Shown here: positions 21,674 to 29,596 of the stretch, in pieces | How positions within the stretch are numbered: the stretch's first letter is position 1 | How the letters are laid out: each line of letters opens with the position of its first letter | Source: an uncultured bacterium | GTDB lineage: Bacteria > Oederibacteriota > JAAXVQ01 > JAUVAV01 | NCBI GenBank assembly: GCA_963710755.1 | Contig: CAVQBK010000001.1 | Span: forward strand, 256,001-320,000 | Direction: 5' to 3' | DNA length: 64,000 bases | Position numbers and translations under genes: made by a program | The notes under the pieces: model-generated | The model's input: only the letters and a program-made list of their open reading frames with translations | Told to the model about the DNA's origin: nothing | Databases searched by the model: none

Positions 21674-22612
21674 ATGGGCATTATTGGCGATTATTTTTCC
21701 AAATACAGTGGGATTTTTGTAGATTTTTTATTTTCATCGGGGCCAAAAATCGTGGCTGTGCTCTTAATTTTTATGGTGCTCAATTTCATTTTAAAGTATC
21801 TCCTGAAAGTTTTGGAGATGTTCGTCACCAACAAGATGTTCAAGCAAATAATGGAAGAAACCGAAGAAGAATTGGAAAAACGTGTTCGCACCATGCTGAA
21901 CATTCTAAGAAAGTCCGCCTATACCATCTTATGGGGCGCAGCCTTCATGGTCCTTCTTTCCCAGTTGGGGATCAATATCGGCCCAATTTTAGCCACCGCC
22001 GGAGTCCTGGGCCTGGCCGTCAGCTTTGGTGCCCAGAGTCTGGTCAAAGATCTAATCAACGGTTTATTTATTATATTCGAAAACCAGATTCGCATCGGCG
22101 ATGTGGCGGTGATCAACGGCACCGGGGGATTGGTGGAAGCCATTAACCTGCGCACAGTTATACTCCGTGATTTAGCCGGTGTGGTTCACATTTTTCCCAA
22201 CGGCTCCATCAACTCCATTTCCAATATGACCTATGGCTGGTCGGCCTATGTGTTTGATATCGGCGTGGCCTACAAGGAAGATGTGGATCATGTGTCCCAG
22301 GTTATGGTTGAGGTGCTGGAAGGTATGCGTCAGGATGATAAATATAAGGACTTGATCCTGGCGGAAATGGAGCTGTTTGGTGTCGATGATTTTGGCGATT
22401 CAGCGGTAGTGATCAAAGCCAGAGTAAAAACCAAACCCATCAAACAATGGGAAGTGGCTAGAGAATATCGTCGCCGGTTAAAAAAGGTTTTTGATGAAAA
22501 AGGTATCGAGATTCCTTTCCCGCACCGCAGTATTTATTTCGGTGAGGTGAGCCAAGCCTTTAAGGTGATGCTGGAGCAGGCCAAAGGCGAGGATCTCAAA
22601 ACCAAATCTTGA
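21674..22612 (+). CDS. mscS: Small-conductance mechanosensitive channel (YbiO-like)
   Basis: GVLGLAVSFGAQSLVKD, ENQIRIGD, LRDLAG and GIEIPFP. Confidence 0.93.
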   Translation: MGIIGDYFSKYSGIFVDFLFSSGPKIVAVLLIFMVLNFILKYLLKVLEMFVTNKMFKQIMEETEEELEKRVRTMLNILRKSAYTILWGAAFMVLLSQLGINIGPILATAGVLGLAVSFGAQSLVKDLINGLFIIFENQIRIGDVAVINGTGGLVEAINLRTVILRDLAGVVHIFPNGSINSISNMTYGWSAYVFDIGVAYKEDVDHVSQVMVEVLEGMRQDDKYKDLILAEMELFGVDDFGDSAVVIKARVKTKPIKQWEVAREYRRRLKKVFDEKGIEIPFPHRSIYFGEVSQAFKVMLEQAKGEDLKTKS

Positions 22613-22637
22613 AGGACAAGGCAATAGTTTATCGCCA

Positions 22638-22666
22638 TTGACTTGCCCTAAAGGGAATGCTAGAGT
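22638..22666 (+). promoter_or_regulatory. Sigma70-type promoter for the Grx-FTR operon
   Basis: TTGACT-17 nt-TAGAGT with TG extension. Confidence 0.55.
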
Positions 22667-22701
22667 AGGAAAGTTGTTAACTCGCCAGGAGGCTTGAGGC
22701 C

Positions 22702-22959
22702 ATGAAAAAAATCAAGTTTTTTTCTTTATCAACGTGCATCTGGTGCCGCAAAACCAAGCAACATCTGGATGAATTCGGCGTAGAATACGAGCAAGTGGTT
22801 ATGGATAAATTGGAAGGGGACGACAAGACGGCCGCCATGGAAGAACTGGCCAAATACAATCCCAAAAAGAGTTTTCCCACCCTGGTTTTCGGTGAAAACA
22901 ACATTGTGGTGGGCTTCAAACCCGAAGAAATCAGGGCGGCGTTGAACAAAAAGGAGTAA
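22702..22959 (+). CDS. Glutaredoxin/NrdH-like protein
   Basis: STCIWCRK active site; SFPTLV..VGF. Confidence 0.9.
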   Translation: MKKIKFFSLSTCIWCRKTKQHLDEFGVEYEQVVMDKLEGDDKTAAMEELAKYNPKKSFPTLVFGENNIVVGFKPEEIRAALNKKE

Positions 22960-22964
22960 CGATT

Positions 22965-23408
22965 ATGACCTTGCGAGAAAAGGTGGATCAATTAAAATCC
23001 AAAGTGGAAAAACGGGGTTATTACCTCAATCCCGATCTAACCATGACCGATGCCTTGGTCGAATCTTTGTTGGTCAATGAAGAGCGGTACGGCTACCCCT
23101 TTTGTCCCTGCCGGCTGGCGACGGGTGATTATGCCCAGGATGTGGATTTAATTTGTCCCTGTGACTATCGCGACCAGGACATCAATGAATATGGAACCTG
23201 TTTTTGCGGATTATATGTCAGCCAAGAGGTGGTTATGGGTAAACAACAAGTGGAACCAATCCCGGAAAGGCGGGAAACCCCGCCCAGTGAGCTGAAAACC
23301 TGGCGTTGCAAGGTTTGCGGTTATATCAGTGTTCGGCCGCATGCACCCAATATCTGTCCCATCTGCGGGGTAAGCCACGACCGCTTTGAAGAATACGACC
23401 TTTGTTAA
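22965..23408 (+). CDS. Ferredoxin:thioredoxin reductase catalytic subunit fused to rubredoxin
   Basis: CPCR, CPC, CFC FTR motifs; C-terminal WRCKVCG..CPICG. Confidence 0.92.
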   Translation: MTLREKVDQLKSKVEKRGYYLNPDLTMTDALVESLLVNEERYGYPFCPCRLATGDYAQDVDLICPCDYRDQDINEYGTCFCGLYVSQEVVMGKQQVEPIPERRETPPSELKTWRCKVCGYISVRPHAPNICPICGVSHDRFEEYDLC

Positions 23409-23439
23409 AGATTTTTAAAGGGAAGACGAGGATAGTATT

Positions 23440-23775
23440 ATGAAGCCGTTTATTGCTGTAATCTTGATGGGGATGGGTGCCTCCATGCTTAACGGATGTG
23501 TGACTTTAGGTCATCCTATTCCCGCCCAGGTGGCGCCGTCTATTGTTATCGGCCAAACCACGCGAGCAGAGATTGAAACCCAGTTAGGGCCTCCCTATCG
23601 CGTGGGCCTGGATTCGGGCAATCCTTCGGTAACCTATCTCTATTATCGCCTTGGCCTGTTCATCCATCCCGTCACCACTGATTTGACCATCGTGTTCAAT
23701 GCCAAAGGCATAGTTCAATCCTATGATTACAACACCAATCAAACCAGCGCTGCCAGTAACGATGAGCAAAAATAA
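23440..23775 (+). CDS. BamE/SmpA-like lipoprotein
   Basis: Lipobox LNGC; IGQTTRAEIETQLGPP. Confidence 0.75.
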   Translation: MKPFIAVILMGMGASMLNGCVTLGHPIPAQVAPSIVIGQTTRAEIETQLGPPYRVGLDSGNPSVTYLYYRLGLFIHPVTTDLTIVFNAKGIVQSYDYNTNQTSAASNDEQK

Positions 23776-23876
23776 GACCAGCCGGTTCCTCCTATTACCG
23801 CAATTGTGGCGCTCTAGCTATGCTCTTTCTCTTTGTGCCCAGGAGGCCGGTCCACCTCCATGCCGAGCCTGATAAA

Positions 23877-24647
23877 ATGGCCAAGACTTTATACCCTGTA
23901 AAACATCTGCTTTGTACGCTGCCCGTACTGTTAATCCTGGCTTTCTGGCTGCCCGCTTCGGCCTCGGCTAAACTGGAAAAACCGACACTTACGGTAGAAG
24001 ATTTTTTTCGTTTTATCCGGGGCAAGCATTATGAGGAAGCCGCCGACCTCTTAAGCCGGTCTGACCAAAATAATTTTAAAACCATGGTCGTAAAATTAAA
24101 AGCCAGTGGTCAGAATGAAGCTGCAGCCAGCTACAGCCTGGGCGGGTTGATCAAGGATCAATTTTTTCTCATGCATGGCCGGGACAATGCTAAAATGGCC
24201 AAAAAATCAGGTGATGGTGAAGTTATCCTGCCCGATAAAGTTGGATTTTTCGTGCCGGGGCAATACTATATCGTGGGAAATTATGCCGTGGTGTTTACCC
24301 GCGAAACCTATGACTTACCGGAAGAGAAAACGGGTCCGGTACGTGATGACCCTCGGAAGCTCTGGGTTGATCCTACCAATGATTTATCCAAAATCCGTGA
24401 TGAAGCCTATTTCAAGCAATGGTGGGTATGGGAGAACAATTATCTCACCATGCCGGGCGTGATATGGCTGGTCAAGGAACGCCGGGAATGGCGTATTGAC
24501 CTTTTCTCCGGCGCGGTTCCCAAGTCAGCTTTTCGGGGGGTTTTGAAATGGCATTTCGGCCGGGATATTTTCGAGGATATGAGTGCGTCTAAAAAACCCA
24601 ATCAGACTAAATCCCAACCTGCAAAACCATCGTCGTCCAATCCTTAA
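23877..24647 (+). CDS. Exported hypothetical protein
   Basis: Signal peptide ending ASA; start uncertain (23820 or 23877). Confidence 0.65.
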   Translation: MAKTLYPVKHLLCTLPVLLILAFWLPASASAKLEKPTLTVEDFFRFIRGKHYEEAADLLSRSDQNNFKTMVVKLKASGQNEAAASYSLGGLIKDQFFLMHGRDNAKMAKKSGDGEVILPDKVGFFVPGQYYIVGNYAVVFTRETYDLPEEKTGPVRDDPRKLWVDPTNDLSKIRDEAYFKQWWVWENNYLTMPGVIWLVKERREWRIDLFSGAVPKSAFRGVLKWHFGRDIFEDMSASKKPNQTKSQPAKPSSSNP

Positions 24648-24660
24648 TCATTTCAACAGC

Positions 24661-25428
24661 CTAATCTGCAGAAACAGCCTGGCCCTCATAAGGTATGACC
24701 ATTTTGGTTGAAGCGGCGGAAAAAGTGAAATCGATTTGCGGCAAAACTTGTTGGACCGAAGGAATACGGCTGCGTTTCTCTGCGATCAATCGCACTGACC
24801 TGGTCTGTTGCGGGGGAATGACAAGCGGTGCTTTAATATTGCGAACAACATAATCAAATCGATCAAATTCAACGTGTCCCAAAATTCGTGACAAGATCAG
24901 GGGATAGGCATTTGAATTTGAAAAGTTGATCTCCTGGGCCAGCTTATCCTTGCTTTTGTTAATCATCAATTGGCCCGCTGTCATGGCCGGGGCCGCCGGC
25001 ATTTCCAGCGTGGTTTCATAATCAAGTTCCAGCGGCTCTTGAAATTCCTTGTTCTGTGTAAGAACCCAAGCCTGGCAATGAATTTCCAGCGGACCATGTT
25101 GTCCGTTCAGCATAGCACGTTTTATTTTCACTGGCAGATCCACTTGTTTAACATCAAAGCTAAGAACATCCGGTAACTGTTCATAAGCTCTGGTCACCTT
25201 CAGCTTTTGATTAATCTCAACCATTAATTTCACTTTTTTAATCGTCAAGGTCAGGGGATTATTGTTTTTTAATTTAAGTTGACCTTGAAAAAAGAGGCTG
25301 TCTGGTGTTATGCTGGTAAGCTGGAAATCGGACATTATGCTTTTGGGCGGGTTAATAACCCTCAAACCGGAACAGGCGCTCAGGAGCACAAGACCTACTA
25401 ACCAAGTTGGCATTAATTTCATCATCAA
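24661..25428 (-). CDS. Lipoprotein with LEA-2/WHy-like domains
   Basis: Lipobox LSAC; NNNP and NSNAYP (NPN-like) motifs twice. Confidence 0.7.
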   Translation of the reverse strand: MMMKLMPTWLVGLVLLSACSGLRVINPPKSIMSDFQLTSITPDSLFFQGQLKLKNNNPLTLTIKKVKLMVEINQKLKVTRAYEQLPDVLSFDVKQVDLPVKIKRAMLNGQHGPLEIHCQAWVLTQNKEFQEPLELDYETTLEMPAAPAMTAGQLMINKSKDKLAQEINFSNSNAYPLILSRILGHVEFDRFDYVVRNIKAPLVIPPQQTRSVRLIAEKRSRIPSVQQVLPQIDFTFSAASTKMVIPYEGQAVSAD

Positions 25429-25541
25429 CTATCTCCAAAAGGGTTGCGGAATAATATAGTTTTATCAAATCACAAGCGCGGTTGGCAAGCAGATAAAATT
25501 ATTTGAATGAAGAACCCTTAGAATAAAGCGGGGTCAATGCA

Positions 25542-26138
25542 ATGCAAACGAAGACAAGAAAAGACCATGAATTTGTCGAAGCTGCCAAAAAGGGCGATGT
25601 CAAGGCTTTTGAGATGCTGGTTAAGTTGAACAGCAGTTATATTTATAATTTAGCCTATAATCTAAGTGCTGGCAATCAAGCCGAAGCTGATGATTTGGCG
25701 CAGGCGACATTTATTAGAGCCTTTAGGGGTATAAAGAATTTTGAAGGACGTTCCGAATTTAAGACATGGCTTCACCGGATCACAGTAAATCTGTGGAAAA
25801 ATACGGTGAGGAGCCAAAAAAGAAGAAAGTATTTCCAGCACCAGAGCATAAATGAAGCTCCCAAGGACGAGAGTGACGGACCGCAGCTGGTTATTAAAGA
25901 AAAAGGTCTGGATCCGATGGAAAAGACAGCGCAGAGTGAGACTTCTGTGATTGTCCGAAAGGCTATAGATAATTTACCGCCCGATGAGCGTGAGGTCATT
26001 GTACTAAGAGACTTGGAGGGGTATGCTTATGATGAAATAGCCACGATATGTGCTATTCCTCTGGGCACGGTAAAATCACGTTTGTCACGGGCAAGAAAAC
26101 TTTTAAAAATAGCTTTGGAACCGATATTAAGGAGTTAG
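25542..26138 (+). CDS. ECF RNA polymerase sigma factor
   Basis: ADDLAQATF, FKTWLHRI, YDEIA..IPLGTVKSRLSRAR. Confidence 0.95.
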   Translation: MQTKTRKDHEFVEAAKKGDVKAFEMLVKLNSSYIYNLAYNLSAGNQAEADDLAQATFIRAFRGIKNFEGRSEFKTWLHRITVNLWKNTVRSQKRRKYFQHQSINEAPKDESDGPQLVIKEKGLDPMEKTAQSETSVIVRKAIDNLPPDEREVIVLRDLEGYAYDEIATICAIPLGTVKSRLSRARKLLKIALEPILRS

Positions 26139-26140
26139 TC

Positions 26141-27085
26141 ATGACCTGTAATGATTGCTCGGCGTTACTTTCACAGTACATTGATCACGAAATGTCGACC
26201 CAGGAAGAATTAAAGATCCGTGAGCATTTATCTAAATGCGCAAAATGCAAAGAGGAATATGAAGTATTGTGCCACACTATTGATTGTGTTTGCAGCAATC
26301 TTGAATGTGTGGAGCCCCCCATGGATTTTCATCATCGGGTCATGGCAAAAATCAATGAACATCACCGTGCAGTGAAAGTGCGTTGGCCGCTCTGGGGAAG
26401 TCTTACCTTTGCCAGTTTAGCCGCGGCAGCTTTATTGTTGGTCACGCTGCTGTTCACACCATTCCAACATCCCGCTCATTTCGCCAAACTGGCCTTGAAT
26501 TCACAACCGGCTGTTAAAACTGCACAGCCTGTTAACGTACCCAAACTGGCCCAACCCTGGGAAGACTTCGGCCAAGAGAGCGACATGGTGGCTAAAAACA
26601 ATGTTACCGTTCCCTCGGCCTCCGAAACGCTGACCCTGCCCTCGTCCATGGTTCGGGCCGTAGCGTTCGGGGATCAAGCTGACTCCCGCAACTCTGCCCC
26701 GGTACAAACCCAAGCAGATTCGCCTTTGCTATACCGTCAGAATCACGAATGGAGCGGGGAAGATTCTACCATCAAGGTATTGAAGCACTTCACCATCAAC
26801 ACGCCCGAGCAAGCCAAGCAATTATGGGATACTTCGGGAATCACACCCTTACCTTTGGAAAATATGGATTGGAATACTAATGCCTTGGCGGTGCTCTTTA
26901 TTGGAGCCAAACCCGGCCGAGGATACGATATCCAAATAAAACGCATCGAAAATCAGGCCGATCGAATGATGGTGTTTTATCATGTCAACAGTCCAAAAGC
27001 AACGACCGCGACGGGCACTTCCCATCCTTTCATTGCCTTTGAAGTGAAAAAATCAAGCCTGCCCATCGAATTTACAGAAGATTAA
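26141..27085 (+). CDS. Anti-sigma factor (zf-HC2, TM, C-terminal PrcB-like domain)
   Basis: HLSKCAKC zinc motif; TM; GAKPGRGYDIQI...HPF PrcB-C-like segment. Confidence 0.85.
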   Translation: MTCNDCSALLSQYIDHEMSTQEELKIREHLSKCAKCKEEYEVLCHTIDCVCSNLECVEPPMDFHHRVMAKINEHHRAVKVRWPLWGSLTFASLAAAALLLVTLLFTPFQHPAHFAKLALNSQPAVKTAQPVNVPKLAQPWEDFGQESDMVAKNNVTVPSASETLTLPSSMVRAVAFGDQADSRNSAPVQTQADSPLLYRQNHEWSGEDSTIKVLKHFTINTPEQAKQLWDTSGITPLPLENMDWNTNALAVLFIGAKPGRGYDIQIKRIENQADRMMVFYHVNSPKATTATGTSHPFIAFEVKKSSLPIEFTED

Positions 27086-27118
27086 GCTTAACCCCATCGA
27101 TCTGAGAGGAGTCGACCT

Positions 27119-28220
27119 TTGAACAACGAACAACTCAACCACTTGTCCACGAAAATCGAAAAAATGCGGGGGTATCTTTGACGTCCCTGGCAAAGAAAAA
27201 CGAGCTCAGGAGATTGAAAACGCCCTTGCTAATCCCAATGTATGGTCGGACCAACAAAAAGCCAAAACCTTAAATGCCGATTTAGCCAAGCTGAAAAAAG
27301 ATCTTACCTTTTTCACCCAATTGTCCCATGACCTGGAAAATCTCACCACTGCGGCGGAATTATTGGAAGAAGCCGGAGAAGACCAGGAATTGTTGACTGA
27401 TCTGAATGAAGGCATTCAAAAATTAAACCGTCTTTTAAAAGAGTTCGAGTTCACTTTTATGCTCTCCGGACCTAATGATCGTGACGGGGCCATTTTATCC
27501 ATTCACCCCGGTGCCGGCGGCACGGAATCTCAAGATTGGGCTCAGATGTTGATGCGTATGTACCAACGCTGGGCAGAACGCAAAGGCTATAAAGTCGTTT
27601 TATTGGATTATCAACCGGGTGACGAAGCCGGCATCAAGTCGGTTACGCTCAATATTCTTGGAGATTATGCTTTTGGCTTTCTCCGTTCGGAGAGAGGTGT
27701 CCATCGGCTGGTCAGGATATCTCCCTTCGACGCCAACAAACGGCGGCATACGTCCTTTGCCTCAGTGGATGTAATTCCCGATGTGGAGGACGAGGTAGCC
27801 GTGGACATTAAGGACGACGACTTGCGCATTGATGTCTTTCGCGCTTCCGGCGCCGGCGGACAACATGTCAATAAAACCGAATCCGCTGTCCGCATTACCC
27901 ATCTGCCCACAGGTATTGTCGTGCAGTGTCAGGAAGACCGTTCTCAAATAAAAAACCGCGCCAATGCCATGAAAGTATTAAAAGCCAGGTTGTATGTCTT
28001 GGCCCAGGAAGAAAAAGCTGCCCAGAATAAAGATTTGTATGGTGAGAAAATGGACATTGCTTTTGGAAGTCAGATCCGTTCCTATGTTTTCCATCCTTAC
28101 AATTTAATTAAAGATCACCGCACCAATGTGGAGATCGGTGATGTGCAGCGGGTCATGGATGGAGATCTTGACCAGTTGACCGAGGCCTTTCTCAAGCAAG
28201 CGCAGCAGCAACCGGCGTAA
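27119..28220 (+). CDS. prfB: Peptide chain release factor 2, programmed +1 frameshift
   Basis: TTG start after GAGGAG; CGGGGG TAT CTT TGA C at 27167-27182; SPF and GGQ motifs in the +1 frame. Confidence 0.96.
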
Positions 28221-28439
28221 TTTATAACTCTTAACCATTTTTTAACTTCTGGCGAATCGTGTTAAGGAAAATGAGTGGGCTGCCGCCAAAATGATCCTCT
28301 CACGGAACGCTCCCATGCAGCCCAAGGCACGTTTCAAAAAACAAGGCATTTTATTATATTTTCGCAAGGAGACGGTTACGTTAGCATGGCCTCAATCCTA
28401 CACGTTCTGTTGCTGAATTGGAAAGATGGGTTCAACTCT

Positions 28440-29273
28440 ATGCTCCAGGGCAGGGTATGGGGCATTATTCTCTTGCTGACAGGTCTGCTCATACCGTCTA
28501 TGGTATGGACCGAAAGCACCACCACACCGGACCAGATAAATTTCTCGCGCATTATCATCTACGATGTGCGCGGTATGAATCATGATGAATCGGCCATGAT
28601 CATTGAACAAAAAAACAATCGTGTGACTATTTGGTACCAGAATTATCTGGGCAAACGGCACGGCACTATTCCCGTGGATGATTACCAGCGTTGTTTTCTG
28701 GGCCTTAAGAATGTCAAACACTTCGCCCTTAGAAAAGATCATCGCGGCAAACCTTTGCGGCGTAATGCCGCCAAGGGCAGCATTACGCTGGCTTGGAAAA
28801 CTGCTGGCAATGACAAACAAATCCGCACCATTCAGTATTACGCCCCTGAGAATACTCTGGATGAGTTCCGTATTGCTTTTAATCGTGTTTGGGCCCTCTC
28901 CCGCTATGCCATCCTCTCCTCCTCGTCGCTCACCAGCAGTCATCTGACGTACTTGGAAGACGGTCTTTATTTCCTGTCCGGCACCGGCTGGATGACCAAC
29001 AAAGAGCTGCAGTCCGTAGTGGATTATCAAGTCGAGTTAGGGCACGGCCGGCTAATGGCCAAAACTATTTGGTCCATCTTGGATCAGCCATTTTCATCTC
29101 AGAGTGTATTTAAAAATCGTAAATTTTTATTCTACTCTGTCAAAAGAAGCATGCTGACCATCGGGGCACCTGCCATCGATTATCTCAACAGTCTAAATTC
29201 CATCACCGCAGCCGATAAACGCGGTCTAGCTGATCGTATTCTTCAGGAATTTTCCGAAGTACCGAAGCCGTGA
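28440..29273 (+). CDS. Exported hypothetical protein
   Basis: Long ORF with signal-like hydrophobic segment; start uncertain. Confidence 0.65.
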   Translation: MLQGRVWGIILLLTGLLIPSMVWTESTTTPDQINFSRIIIYDVRGMNHDESAMIIEQKNNRVTIWYQNYLGKRHGTIPVDDYQRCFLGLKNVKHFALRKDHRGKPLRRNAAKGSITLAWKTAGNDKQIRTIQYYAPENTLDEFRIAFNRVWALSRYAILSSSSLTSSHLTYLEDGLYFLSGTGWMTNKELQSVVDYQVELGHGRLMAKTIWSILDQPFSSQSVFKNRKFLFYSVKRSMLTIGAPAIDYLNSLNSITAADKRGLADRILQEFSEVPKP

Positions 29274-29596
29274 CTAGTGGGCCCAATTTATCCTGAAGAA
29301 ACGTCCCTTACCAAAAAAGCTTGCTCATGGCCATGTTTTAATAATAAAATATCGGCAAATTATTATACATTACGAGATATTTTGATACGAAAGAAAGACT
29401 ATCATTATTTTAATTATCACTTTATTTCCACATTAAAATGCAGGCCATTTGCAAGGACATATTAAGCGTACATGCCTGCCTAACGACACTTTAAAGGAAA
29501 GGCGGCCGATCTATACCAAGGGGATAAATTGTCGACAGGTACTGCCGGAAGGACCCTTAATCCCGGCCTATTTTTATCACGCAGATTGGAACCGGC

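Noticed and set aside
8100-28455. KOPS-like GGGCAGGG octamers polarised toward dif
   Set aside because: Four seen on + (16163, 16938, 18248, 28448) but two in reverse (8100, 26634); too few by eye to claim polarity
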